From contig CBDBHB010000008.1 in NCBI GenBank assembly GCA_965205505.1, forward strand, positions 128,001 through 192,000: 64,000 nucleotides of DNA, written 5' to 3'. Below, in pieces: positions 43,428 through 53,315 of this stretch (its first letter is position 1; the number at the start of each line of letters is the position of its first letter). This stretch comes from Acidobacteriota bacterium (GTDB lineage: Bacteria; Acidobacteriota; UBA890; WLXD01). The translations under genes and the position numbers were made by a program. The notes under the pieces were generated by a model. That model had not been told where the DNA came from. It worked only from the letters and a program-made list of their open reading frames with translations, and did no database searches.

Positions 43428-45944
43428 TCATAAGAGGCTCTGTGGGTCGATATCGACCACCAAGTCGCGTGGCAACCGGCGTGCCTGCCGCAAGCGCCGC
43501 ATCGATCGCCTTAGATGGTCACTGAGATCACCTCGGGTAGCGGCCTTGAGCAGCAGCTGGACTCGGTACTTGCCACGCAACCGCGAGATCGGCGGCGACG
43601 CCGGACCGAGCACGTCGATTCCCTCCCCCGCCTCAGCCCGTAGCGCGGCCGCCAAGCGGTCCGCGTCCTCCTTCACCGACGCCGCCAGCTTACCCCTGCA
43701 GACGCATGCTGCAAGCGCCACGAAGGGCGGATACCGCAGCCGTCGCCGATACTCGATCTCACGCTCATAGAACGCCTCGAAGTCATGGTGCATCGCCGCC
43801 TCGATGGCGTAGTGGCCCGGTTGGTGTGCCTGCAGCAGCACTTCTCCAGCAACTTCGCCACGGCCAGCTCGTCCCGCCATTTGCGTTAGCAGCTGGAAGG
43901 TACGCTCGGCGGCGCGAAAGTCGGGCATCGACAACGCGGTGTCAGCACCGACGACACCGACCAGTGTCACACGGGGAAAGTCGTGTCCCTTGGCCAGCAT
44001 CTGAGTGCCGACAAGCACGTCGATATCGCCTTTTCCGAAGCGCGACAGAATACGTGCATGGGCGCCCCGCCGCTGTGTCTGATCGGCATCGAAGCGCTCG
44101 ATACGGGCGCCCGGAAACCGCTGCCGAAGGGTCGCCTGCAGACGTTCGGTACCGTGGCCGAGTTCGTGCAGCACAGCTGCCCCGCAGGCGACGCACACGG
44201 TGGGCACCGGCGCGCGGTGGTCGCAGTAGTGGCACCGCAGCGTCCGGTCGGAACGATGCACCGTAAGGCTCACGGCACAGTGCGGACACTCCACGCGCTC
44301 GCCACAGGCGCGGCATAGCAAAACCGTCGCGAACCCGCGCCGGTTGAGCAGCATCAACGCCTGCTCGCGGCGTTCCAGGCGTGCGGCGATGCTGTCCTCG
44401 AGGCGCCGCGAAATGAGGCTCCGGACGCATTCCTTCCACTCGCGCCGCATGTCGACGAGGCTTACCTCTGGCATCGGTTGGCGCCGCACGCGGCGCGGCA
44501 AGCGCAGCAACTCCCACGCTGCGGCGGATGCTTGACGATAGCTCTCGACCGCCGGTGTTGCTGATCCCATCAGCACCGCGGCACCCTCGAGGCGGGCGCG
44601 CCAGCGGGCGACGTCGCGGCCGTTGTAGCGCGGCCGTTCGTGCTGCTTGTAGGCGCCGTCCTGTTCCTCGTCGATGACGATGAGACCGACGTCGGCGAGC
44701 GGCGCGAATACTGCAGACCGCGGGCCCACCACGACGCGCGATTCGCCGCGTCGGACGCGCCACCAAGCACGCGCGCGCGCCCCATCGGCCATGCCGGAAT
44801 GGAGGACCGAGACGCGATCGCCGAGCACCGCGCGAGCGCGCTCCTCGAGCTGCGGTGTCAGGCCGATCTCCGGAACCAGCAGCAGCGCCGCGCGTCCGGC
44901 ACGCAGGGCGTGCGCGGCGGCGCGCAGGTACACCTCGGTCTTACCGCTACCGGTCACTCCGTGCAGCAACGCCGGGTGCAGCGCGCGCTCGTCGATAGCG
45001 CGCTTCACCGAGCACAAGGCGAGCTCCTGATCGGCGGTCAGGACGAAGCCGCCAGCTCCACCGGCTCCCAGCTTCCAGGGCGTCGCTTCCTCTAACGGAC
45101 GACGCTCGAGCTCGACCAACTCCTTGTGCTGGAGCGCCGACAACACCGAGTGGGTGATACCGAGCTGCTTGGTCATTGTCGCCACATCGATCTGGTGTGA
45201 CGGCTCCGCTAGCAGAGCCTCCAGCACCCGCCGCTGTGCGGGCGCCCGCCCGGTTGCCTCATGAGCCACTGCGACATCAACGCCGGCGCACAGTCGGGCG
45301 GCGATCCGGTGCGCCCCGGGCTCGGAGCCGTTCCACTCATCGAGCACCTCGACGAGGCCGGCGGCGCTCAGCTCGTACAGCGACGCGTGCAGTGATTGCA
45401 GACTGGTCCGCCGACGAATCACCGCGGCGGTCACCCAGCGTGACTCGGCGCCGGCGGCGCGCGCGGCCTCGAGCACAGAAAGGGCCGCCGTCGACAGTCG
45501 ATCGTCGACAGCCGGCGCCCGCTCGATTCGAACTCGCCTGCCGGCCGACGGATCGCGACTTCCTGGCGGCAAAGCCAGCTGCGCCACCTCGCCGGGTCCC
45601 ACCAGATACGTCGAGGCAATCTGCTGAATCAGCGCCAGCATGAGCGGGCCGATAACCGCGTCGCGATCGAGGCAATCCTCCACGGCCCGTACGCGACGAG
45701 GATCGACACCAGCGGGTGGCTTCTCCGCCGTTTCGACGATGACTCCCTGTACCTTGCGCCCGCCGAAACGCACGCTCACCCGCATCCCTGGGATCGCCTG
45801 CGGCTCGAGCGCCTCCGGCACGCGGTAGGAGAAGACTTCGTCGACGGGCGCCGGCACAGCCACAAGCGCGTAGCGTGCCGCTTCGTCGTAGAGCGAAAAC
45901 TGTCGCGTCACGCCGGCGGCTCGATCCAACGGGGAACCGACCAA
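43428..45944 (-). CDS. priA: Primosomal protein N'
   Basis: GVTGSGKTEVY, DEEQD, Cys-rich zinc region, QMAGRAGR, DIDP. Confidence 0.96.
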   Translation of the reverse strand: MVGSPLDRAAGVTRQFSLYDEAARYALVAVPAPVDEVFSYRVPEALEPQAIPGMRVSVRFGGRKVQGVIVETAEKPPAGVDPRRVRAVEDCLDRDAVIGPLMLALIQQIASTYLVGPGEVAQLALPPGSRDPSAGRRVRIERAPAVDDRLSTAALSVLEAARAAGAESRWVTAAVIRRRTSLQSLHASLYELSAAGLVEVLDEWNGSEPGAHRIAARLCAGVDVAVAHEATGRAPAQRRVLEALLAEPSHQIDVATMTKQLGITHSVLSALQHKELVELERRPLEEATPWKLGAGGAGGFVLTADQELALCSVKRAIDERALHPALLHGVTGSGKTEVYLRAAAHALRAGRAALLLVPEIGLTPQLEERARAVLGDRVSVLHSGMADGARARAWWRVRRGESRVVVGPRSAVFAPLADVGLIVIDEEQDGAYKQHERPRYNGRDVARWRARLEGAAVLMGSATPAVESYRQASAAAWELLRLPRRVRRQPMPEVSLVDMRREWKECVRSLISRRLEDSIAARLERREQALMLLNRRGFATVLLCRACGERVECPHCAVSLTVHRSDRTLRCHYCDHRAPVPTVCVACGAAVLHELGHGTERLQATLRQRFPGARIERFDADQTQRRGAHARILSRFGKGDIDVLVGTQMLAKGHDFPRVTLVGVVGADTALSMPDFRAAERTFQLLTQMAGRAGRGEVAGEVLLQAHQPGHYAIEAAMHHDFEAFYEREIEYRRRLRYPPFVALAACVCRGKLAASVKEDADRLAAALRAEAGEGIDVLGPASPPISRLRGKYRVQLLLKAATRGDLSDHLRRSMRRLRQARRLPRDLVVDIDPQSLL

Positions 45945-45963
45945 GCCGAGAGTTTCGAGCGAC

Positions 45964-46662
45964 TCAAGGCGCCGCGAGCCGCTCCATCACCACCTGCACG
46001 TCCTGCCACGTCTTGCCCTTGTCGGCTGGATTCCGGAGTAAGTATGCGGGGTGGTAGGTGCAGACTACGGGAATCCCGAGCCACTCGTGAACCCGACCGC
46101 GCATCCGACCGAGAGGCTCGCTCGTCTGCAGCACCGATTGAGCTGCCACGCGTCCCAGGAGCACGATAATCTCCGGACGGATCGCCTCCACCTGGCGTCG
46201 CAGGAACGGACCACACGCTTCGAGCTCGTCCGATTCCGGGTTGCGATTACGCGGCGGGCGGCACTTGACGGCGTTGGCGATATAGACCTCTTCGCGCTGC
46301 AGGCCCATCGCCTTGATGATGCGATTGAGCATTTGCCCGGCACGGCCCACGAACGGTTCGCCTTGCAAGTCCTCATCGCGGCCGGGGCCTTCGCCAATGA
46401 ACATCAGCCGGGCACGCGGCGGACCGACGCCGAACACCACGTTCGTACGTCCCTCGCTCAGCTTGCACAAGGTGCATCCGGCCGCCTCCGCGCCGATCTC
46501 CTCGAGGCTATCTCCTCCTGACGCATCTGCGCGTACCGCGGCCCCCTCCATCGGACTCCGCGCCTTGGTCTTCAGGCCCCAGACGCCCTCGCGCTCGAGA
46601 CCTTCCAGATGCGCGACGAGATGGCGCCGAATGCTGTCGTCGGACGGACCGGAGCCGGTCAC
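45964..46662 (-). CDS. Family 4 uracil-DNA glycosylase
   Basis: [31 protein letters not shown]. Confidence 0.92.
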   Translation of the reverse strand: MTGSGPSDDSIRRHLVAHLEGLEREGVWGLKTKARSPMEGAAVRADASGGDSLEEIGAEAAGCTLCKLSEGRTNVVFGVGPPRARLMFIGEGPGRDEDLQGEPFVGRAGQMLNRIIKAMGLQREEVYIANAVKCRPPRNRNPESDELEACGPFLRRQVEAIRPEIIVLLGRVAAQSVLQTSEPLGRMRGRVHEWLGIPVVCTYHPAYLLRNPADKGKTWQDVQVVMERLAAP

Positions 46663-47891
46663 GAGCTCGCCTCGGCGCGGTACGCGAGAACCGCTTCCCA
46701 TACGGCACGAGCGATCGCGGCCTTCGGCGCTGGGCCGACTTGCGCCCGCCCGCCCCGCCTGTCGAGGATGACCACTTCGTTTTGGTCGGCTCCCATGCCG
46801 CGTCCCACGGCGTCGACGAGGTTGCCGACGATGAGGTCGCATCCCTTTTGTTCCAGTTTGCCCCGCGCCTGCGCCTCGAGGTCACGCGTCTCGGCTGCGA
46901 ATCCTACCAGCAGCGGCGGGGCCGATCGTGCGCCCAGTGCGGCGAGAATATCGACGGTGCGCGCTAGCTCGAGTTGAAGCGAGTCCGACCCGGCTTTCTT
47001 GATCTTGTCGGCGGCCGGCACCGGGACGGTGAAATCACAGACCGCCGCGGCCATGATAGCGATGTCGCAACCGTCCACGGCGTCAAACACTGCCGCCGCC
47101 ATTTGCGACGCGCTTTCGACCCGCTCCACCAGCACACCGGGGGGGTCCGGCAAGCATGTCGGACCCGACACCAGGCGCGCACGTGCGCCGAGCGCCGCAG
47201 CCTCGGCGGCGATCGCATAGCCCATCTTGCCGCTAGAACGATTCGTAAGGACTCGAACCGGGTCCAGCGCCTCACGCGTAGGGCCGGCGGTGACCAAGAC
47301 GGTGGTGCCCTGCAGAGGCCGCACCTTCGCACCTTCGCCAAGCAGTGGAACAGCTACGGTGACGATCTCGCTGGGCTCCGACATACGCCCCGGCCCCTGC
47401 CGCCCCGACGCCAGCGCGCCATCACCCGGGCCCACTACCTGGACGCCGCGTTCACGTAGCAACTCCAGGTTTCGCTGTACGGCCGGCTGTCCGTACATAT
47501 CATCTTCCATTGCCGGAGCGACGAGCACCCGCCCGGCTGCCGCTAGCAGCAAAGTCGATGGGAAGTCGTCGGCGATACCGTGCGCCATCTTGGCGATGAA
47601 GTTCGCTGTGGCAGGAGCCACGCACACGAGGTCGGCACGCTCGGCCCACCGCACGTGCGGGATCTCCTCGGGCGCCGGATCCTCAAACAGCGAAGCAACC
47701 ACACGATTGCCCGAGAGTGCAGCGAAGGTCTGCGATGCGACGAATTTCGTCGCTGCTCGCGTCATGGCAACGTGCACGTCGGCGTCCACGTCACGGAATC
47801 GCCGTACGACCTCGCATGCCTTGTAAGCGGCGATACCGCCGCTTACCACCAGCACTACTTGTGCCTGGCGCGTCTTCGACTCAGCGCTCAT
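46659..47891 (-). CDS. coaBC: Phosphopantothenoylcysteine decarboxylase/ligase
   Basis: [39 protein letters not shown]. Confidence 0.96.
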   Translation of the reverse strand: MSAESKTRQAQVVLVVSGGIAAYKACEVVRRFRDVDADVHVAMTRAATKFVASQTFAALSGNRVVASLFEDPAPEEIPHVRWAERADLVCVAPATANFIAKMAHGIADDFPSTLLLAAAGRVLVAPAMEDDMYGQPAVQRNLELLRERGVQVVGPGDGALASGRQGPGRMSEPSEIVTVAVPLLGEGAKVRPLQGTTVLVTAGPTREALDPVRVLTNRSSGKMGYAIAAEAAALGARARLVSGPTCLPDPPGVLVERVESASQMAAAVFDAVDGCDIAIMAAAVCDFTVPVPAADKIKKAGSDSLQLELARTVDILAALGARSAPPLLVGFAAETRDLEAQARGKLEQKGCDLIVGNLVDAVGRGMGADQNEVVILDRRGGRAQVGPAPKAAIARAVWEAVLAYRAEASS

Positions 47892-47929
47892 GGCGTTCAG
47901 GCAAGCCTGGCGGTTGCGGCCGCCGCCTG

Positions 47930-48172
47930 CTACTCCTCTTCGACGCTTTCCTTTTCCTCAACCGGCTCTTGCAATCCAGCGGCCACAAGGCCAGCGGCTT
48001 CTTTGGGATCACGTAGCTCCCACGGGACCTCTCCGGCGCGCACCTCCTGGATCGCCAGCGTGCTGTACTTGCGAGCGTTGGAGTCGATCTTGGGCCGGGC
48101 TCCTCGCATCAACTGCAAGCAGCGCTTGGCCGCGACTTCGACGAACAGATACTCGCTGTCTGGCTTACTCAT
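47930..48172 (-). CDS. rpoZ: RNA polymerase omega subunit
   Basis: YLFVEVAAKRC.QL..GA.P, AIQEV; gmk-rpoZ-coaBC synteny. Confidence 0.88.
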   Translation of the reverse strand: MSKPDSEYLFVEVAAKRCLQLMRGARPKIDSNARKYSTLAIQEVRAGEVPWELRDPKEAAGLVAAGLQEPVEEKESVEEE

Positions 48173-48204
48173 CGTTGCTCCAACGCGTTCCGCCCGTGAT
48201 TGGG

Positions 48205-48846
48205 CTACCCCTGTGCCAAGAACCGGAAAGCTGTGAGGATAGCCTCAGCCTCCCCGACCCGTCGGGCCTGTCGACTGCGCTCAGCCCGCACGATCCCCTC
48301 GAGCTCGGCAACGGCGGTTTCAAAGTCGTCGTTGACGATGACGTAATCGTAGCTCAGATACTGCTCGATCTCGTGCACGGCCACTGTGAGTCTGGTCGCT
48401 TGATCAGCCTGTCGCGCCGGATCGGAACCATCGCGGCGCCGGAGACGACGCTGCAGGGCCTGCAGAGACGGCGGCAGCACGAAGATCGTGACGGCGGTAT
48501 CTAGCGTCTCACGTACGACGGCGGCCCCCTGAACATCGATGACCAAGACCGCGTCGTGCCCTGTGGAGTGGATGCGATCAATCTCGGCTCGTGGCGTGCC
48601 GTACTGGTGACTGTGCACCTCGGCCCATTCGAGGAACGCTCCCGCCTGTCGACGCCGTTCGAACTCCTCCTCGTCGACAAAGTAATACTCGCGCCCATCC
48701 TGCTCGTCAGGGCGCGGCGCACGGGTGGTGGCAGAAACGGTTCGCTCTAGACGTTCGACCCGGCCGAGCACGGCGTCGGCCAAGGAGGTCTTGCCGGCGC
48801 CGGACGGCGCCGACACCACAAAGCAGAATGGAACGTCCTCACTCAA
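48205..48846 (-). CDS. gmk: Guanylate kinase
   Basis: SAPSGAGKT, SATTRAPR..E.DG.EY.F, IDVQG. Confidence 0.95.
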   Translation of the reverse strand: MSEDVPFCFVVSAPSGAGKTSLADAVLGRVERLERTVSATTRAPRPDEQDGREYYFVDEEEFERRRQAGAFLEWAEVHSHQYGTPRAEIDRIHSTGHDAVLVIDVQGAAVVRETLDTAVTIFVLPPSLQALQRRLRRRDGSDPARQADQATRLTVAVHEIEQYLSYDYVIVNDDFETAVAELEGIVRAERSRQARRVGEAEAILTAFRFLAQG

Positions 48847-49717
48847 TGTTCTGCACCTGCTCACGAATGCGCTCGAGCTCGGCCTTCAGCTCCACCACGG
48901 TTTCGGCAACGACGAGGTCCTTGACCTTGGATCCAACCGTGTTGAGCTCGCGGTGAACTTCCTGAATGACGAAGTCCAGCGTGCGTCCGACGGCCTCGTC
49001 GCGCTGCAACAGGTCCTCCAGCTTCGCCAGATGCGAGCGCAGTCGGACGACTTCCTCGGTGACATCGGCGCGCTCTGCATGGTACGCGGCTTCCTGAACG
49101 ATCCGGTCCTCGTCGACGGTCACACCGGTGTCTACGAGCAGGCCCTGAATGCGCTCCCGTAACTGATCGCGAATGCGTTCGGGCAATTCCTGCGCTGCCA
49201 CTGCGATGGCCTCCACTCCTGCGCTGAGCGTCGCGGCGCGGGTGGCAAGATCGTCTACTAGATGCTCCCCTTCGCGACGGCGCATGGCATCCAGGGCATC
49301 GAGGGCCCGGCCAGCGGCACTATCTAGAAGCTGCCCCAGCTCTTCGGCGTCCGCCATGCTGGCGCCGTCGACAACGACACCCGGGAGCGCCAGCAGCGTC
49401 TGGAGGTCGGGAGTCAACGGCGTACCCAGCTCTTCGGCGACATCTTGTAGCTCGCCCAGCCAATGATTCAGCAGATCGCGACGGATGTGCGGCGCGCCCG
49501 CCCCGGCACCGCCGAGCGTCGCGGACAGGTCAACTTTGCCGCGCTGGACGCGCGCCAGGACGCGACGGCGCACCGGCTCCTCGAACGCCGCCAGCATGCC
49601 CGGCAAGCGCAGCGAAACACGGCAATACCTGTGGTTCACGGCGCGAACCTCGACGGTGAGTCGCAGACTCTCCGACGAAGCCTCGCCGCGCCCGTGACTA
49701 CTCATGCTCCGAACCAT
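48839..49717 (-). CDS. YicC/YloC endoribonuclease family
   Basis: EVRAVNHR, DVTEEVVRL.SH, RELNTVGSK, REQVQNIE. Confidence 0.93.
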   Translation of the reverse strand: MVRSMSSHGRGEASSESLRLTVEVRAVNHRYCRVSLRLPGMLAAFEEPVRRRVLARVQRGKVDLSATLGGAGAGAPHIRRDLLNHWLGELQDVAEELGTPLTPDLQTLLALPGVVVDGASMADAEELGQLLDSAAGRALDALDAMRRREGEHLVDDLATRAATLSAGVEAIAVAAQELPERIRDQLRERIQGLLVDTGVTVDEDRIVQEAAYHAERADVTEEVVRLRSHLAKLEDLLQRDEAVGRTLDFVIQEVHRELNTVGSKVKDLVVAETVVELKAELERIREQVQNIE

Positions 49718-49777
49718 GGCGGGCCATATTAGCAGGACGCCGCCCTGTCTCGTTGCGCAGGTCGACGTAGCTCCGAG

Positions 49778-49831
49778 CTAGTGTGCTGAGTCAGGACACT
49801 AGCAGGCCGTGGTGGAAGTGTGGCGGTCTAG
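49778..49831. repeat. Collapsed MITE-B (19 bp) nested at a MITE-A end
   Basis: CTA-GTGTGCTGAGTCAGGACAC-TAG-CAGGCCGTGGTGGAAGTGTGGCGGT-CTAG. Confidence 0.82.
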
Positions 49832-51762
49832 TCCAATCCGAAGGCCAGCAACACATTCCCCGGCGCGCCGCCGAGAATCGCGTAGCCGGAGCCGATGAAC
49901 ATCATCCCGTCGACGATCGTCGGCGCGCCGCCACCAATTCCACCGCCGAAGCCCGAAACACCGTTCACGGTCTCGAACTCGCGCTGCGTCGGATACTCCC
50001 AGAGAATCGTGCCGTCCTCGGACGAGTATGAACGCAGGACACCGTTCCACGATCCGGTCAACACGGCGCCGGGGATAGCGCTCGCCGACGACCAGTTGGC
50101 CGACGAACACTGCCTCGCCTCAGGATCGGGACAGTCGTCCGGCTTCTCGAGCTCGGTGTACCAAACGCGGGAGCCGTCGGCTGGGCGTATCGCCGCAATA
50201 GCACCGGTCCCGTCGCGGAACGGGAGCGGCTTGAAGTAGTACTCGCCGTCGAAGGCACCTCCGAAGCCGCCGTTGGCCGCCGCCAGCCTGTCGCCGGCCT
50301 GGGAGACCCAAAGGATAGCCCCGTTGTTGTCGGGATCGAGGGCGGTCATCCGCCCGCTCTCCTGTCCGGTGATGATCATGCGGCGACCGTCAGGTGCGGT
50401 GTACAGCACCGGCGCCCCCGACGGGTCGTCGTCCGGATCGTTGACGTAGCCCGGGCAGTTGAGCCGCATCTCCTCCGGAGTCCGACCGCACCCGCCCCCG
50501 TGTCGATCCATCGGCACGAGCTGCGTCGACCATTCCCGCGCCCCGGTGTCCATGTCGAACGCCATGATTGAGACGCAGGCGCCACCGTCGAATCCGACCT
50601 TCTGCTCGAAGAACTCCGAGATGTAGCAGGTTCCGGTAGTAGCGTAGACGCGGCGCAGCTTGAGATCGATCGTCGGCGCGTTCCAGACCGCGGCTCCGGC
50701 CGGCCCGTACAGCTGCGTGCCCGCCGAGTTCCTGCGCAGCGGACGCGGACGCTCGGTCATGGTGAACGTCTTCCACACCGGTTGCCCGGTGTTCACGTTG
50801 ATCGCCGTGACGCTGCCCTGGAACTTGCAGCATTCGTAGGTCAACTGCCGTCCGGGGATCTGCTCCCACGACGAGACCCCGACATAGAGATGGCCGCCGG
50901 GCGAAGGATCGAGCGTCGGCGGGCCGGTGATCTTGGCGGCCTGGTGGTCGTCGGGAAGCAACGACCAGAGCTCCTCACCGGTCTCCGCGTTGACCGCGGT
51001 GACGTACCCCATGTAGTCGCCGAAGTAGGCGGCGTAACGAACCGCGGAGATCTCCGTGATCTCGCCGATGCTGACCGCCGTGCGAACCTGCCCCGGTGCC
51101 TCGTACGACCAGTGGATGCAGCCCGTCTTGGCATCCAGCGCATACACGAAGTTGTTGTCGCTCCCGATAAACAACGCCCCGCCGACGACCGTCGGCTGCG
51201 TCCACGCAGCGGAGGCTGCACCCGGAATCGCGAACGCCCATTTGAGCTTCAGCTGCGACATCTGTGAGGCGGACAACCCGCCGGCTTCCTGCGGCTGGAA
51301 CCGGTACGACTTCGTCGGATCGGGAGTCCATCCGTTCCAACCCGGCTGCCCGAATGGATCGTCCAAGCTCAGAGGGCTGCTGCACGGGTTGCTCATGGCC
51401 GCAGCGGTGCGGTCGGCGGTGCCGCCGAAGGGCTTGCCGGTCACGAGCTCCGCCATCGCCCGTAGCTGCGCCTCGCTGTAGCCCTCCGCAAACTCCACCA
51501 TCGGCCCGGTCGTCAGAGCGGCAAGCACACGCTCCGGCTCCAACAGCCGCAGCGTCTGCCGGCTGGGCGCCATGCTGTCGGGGCTGCGGTTGTCGTGACA
51601 AGAGGCGCATCTGCCCTCGAAGGGCGACACCATGCTTGCGGTAGAGGCCACCGCGGCCGGTTCCTGCTGCGCCCAGGCAGGCGCAGAGAATGACTGCGCT
51701 ATGATCGCGGACGCGGCGAGAATCGCCGTCAAGGCTCCCGTCAACAAGACTCTTCTCAGCAT
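49828..51762 (-). CDS. Quinohemoprotein: cytochrome c + PQQ-dependent dehydrogenase (polyvinyl-alcohol dehydrogenase-like)
   Basis: Signal peptide, CASCH, LKLKWAF, YALDAKTGCIHW, CCKFQGS, GNVLLAF. Confidence 0.88.
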   Translation of the reverse strand: MLRRVLLTGALTAILAASAIIAQSFSAPAWAQQEPAAVASTASMVSPFEGRCASCHDNRSPDSMAPSRQTLRLLEPERVLAALTTGPMVEFAEGYSEAQLRAMAELVTGKPFGGTADRTAAAMSNPCSSPLSLDDPFGQPGWNGWTPDPTKSYRFQPQEAGGLSASQMSQLKLKWAFAIPGAASAAWTQPTVVGGALFIGSDNNFVYALDAKTGCIHWSYEAPGQVRTAVSIGEITEISAVRYAAYFGDYMGYVTAVNAETGEELWSLLPDDHQAAKITGPPTLDPSPGGHLYVGVSSWEQIPGRQLTYECCKFQGSVTAINVNTGQPVWKTFTMTERPRPLRRNSAGTQLYGPAGAAVWNAPTIDLKLRRVYATTGTCYISEFFEQKVGFDGGACVSIMAFDMDTGAREWSTQLVPMDRHGGGCGRTPEEMRLNCPGYVNDPDDDPSGAPVLYTAPDGRRMIITGQESGRMTALDPDNNGAILWVSQAGDRLAAANGGFGGAFDGEYYFKPLPFRDGTGAIAAIRPADGSRVWYTELEKPDDCPDPEARQCSSANWSSASAIPGAVLTGSWNGVLRSYSSEDGTILWEYPTQREFETVNGVSGFGGGIGGGAPTIVDGMMFIGSGYAILGGAPGNVLLAFGLD

Positions 51763-51906
51763 CAGCGCCCTCCAGGCCTTACGATCGAGGTCGTGCGGGA
51801 TCTTGCAACCACGCTGCATCGTAGAGACCCGGGAGCGACGGGGCAAGCACGGTGCCGACCGCTTCCTGGAGCGGCGACCGTCTCCTACGCCTTGGGTCGC
51901 GCGGGC

Positions 51907-53166
51907 TCAGCTGACCGACTCCCAAAGGTCGAGCACCGCCATGGCCATCACCCGCGTCGACGTGATGATGTCGTCGACAGCGCAAGACTCGTCCACCTGG
52001 TGGGCTTGATGGAGCTCACCGGGGCCGTAGGCGATACAGCTGTCGATCCCTGCGATGCCCGACACGTGCTTGTGATCGTAGGTGCCGGGGCTGGCGACCA
52101 ACTGCGCCGGCCGCCCGACGATCTCGCAGACAGCGCGCTCGAACGACCGCACCAGCGGCGAGTCCGCTGGGGTTGCCGTCGGGTGCACCACGAGCAGGTC
52201 CGTGAGCTCGAACGCGTCCGCTCCGGGCTCGATGCTGGCGAGCAGCTGCACGATCTCCAGCTTGACCTCTTCGAACGCCTCCTCGGACAAGAACCGCCGG
52301 TCGAACGTCGCAGAACAGCGGTCGGGAACGCAGGGTGTTTGAGCTGCGGATCCCGTCTGACCTCCCTCGATCGCGTTGACGTTGATGCTGGCGCGGCGCG
52401 ATCCTTCCGGGACAATCGGCACTCTTGTAACTCGCTCTCTCAAAGACGGCGCCAGACGGGTGCGAATCGCTTCGAGGAAGGGCTGCAGGCGATCGATAGC
52501 GTTGACACCCAAGAACGGCATCGACCCATGCGCCATGACGCCAATCGCCGTGACCCGGAACCAGTACACACCGCGATGCCCAAGGCAAACACGGTCGATC
52601 CCGAAGGGCTCAGGGATCACCACGTGATCGGTGCGATCCGCGGCGATGCGGCCGATTTGCGCCAGATGAGCCAGGCCGGCCTGGCCGCCGCTTTCTTCGT
52701 CGACGGTGCCGCTGAGCTCCAATCGCCCATGGCGCCGCACCCCGGCGCGGCGTATTGCCTCGACGGCAAAGAGCGCCGCTGCCAGCCCCGCCTTCATGTC
52801 GGCGCTGCCGCGGCCGTACAATCGACCGTTGGCAATCTTGCCGCCGAACGGGTCGACCGTCCAGCCCTCACCGGGGGGCACCACATCGAAGTGCCCATTG
52901 AAATGCACGCATGGTCCGGGCGAGTCTCCCTCCAACATCCCGATGACGTTGGGTCGGGGGAGGCGCTCCCGCTGCTGAGAAACTTGGTAAGACTCGACCT
53001 CGATTCCGCCTCGCCGCAGATGGTCGGCGATGAGCTCGGCCGCCGCGCAGTATTCTTCGCCGGGTGGGTTGATTGTCGGGATACGAACGAGCTCGGCGGC
53101 AAGCTCGGTGATCTCGTCCGCAGCTGCCTCAACTTGGTGAAGCACCCGCTCCCGCACACCCGTCAT
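51907..53166 (-). CDS. M20 ArgE/DapE-family amidohydrolase
   Basis: NGHFDVVP, GRGSADMKAG, DEESGG, IPEP, AHQVDE. Confidence 0.9.
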   Translation of the reverse strand: MTGVRERVLHQVEAAADEITELAAELVRIPTINPPGEEYCAAAELIADHLRRGGIEVESYQVSQQRERLPRPNVIGMLEGDSPGPCVHFNGHFDVVPPGEGWTVDPFGGKIANGRLYGRGSADMKAGLAAALFAVEAIRRAGVRRHGRLELSGTVDEESGGQAGLAHLAQIGRIAADRTDHVVIPEPFGIDRVCLGHRGVYWFRVTAIGVMAHGSMPFLGVNAIDRLQPFLEAIRTRLAPSLRERVTRVPIVPEGSRRASINVNAIEGGQTGSAAQTPCVPDRCSATFDRRFLSEEAFEEVKLEIVQLLASIEPGADAFELTDLLVVHPTATPADSPLVRSFERAVCEIVGRPAQLVASPGTYDHKHVSGIAGIDSCIAYGPGELHQAHQVDESCAVDDIITSTRVMAMAVLDLWESVS

Positions 53167-53249
53167 TGATGACCCTGGCCCGTCGGCGGAGTCATTTCTC
53201 AAACACCGTTCGCCTTAACATGCTGTCTGCGCACGAGTGACGGAGCCTG

Positions 53250-53311
53250 GTGTCCTGATCCGACCCGGTCGCGCGCGCCACAATACGCAACGAACCTCTG
53301 ATACAGGACAC
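53250..53311. mobile_element. MITE-B, internally deleted copy (62 bp)
   Basis: GTGTCCTGA..TCCGACCCGGTCGCGCGCGCCACAATACGCAACGAACCTCTGATACAGGACAC-TA; matches 1381-1389 joined to 1438-1490. Confidence 0.82.
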
Positions 53312-53315
53312 TAGC

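Noticed and set aside
51793-53169. 458-aa plus-strand ORF and similar long opposite-strand ORFs
   Set aside because: Antisense to well-supported genes; Arg-rich shadow composition.
49781-53311. MITE-B composite transposon carrying PQQ and M20 genes
   Set aside because: Each copy keeps both of its own termini, which fits independent insertions; a TA duplication is too short to show joint movement.
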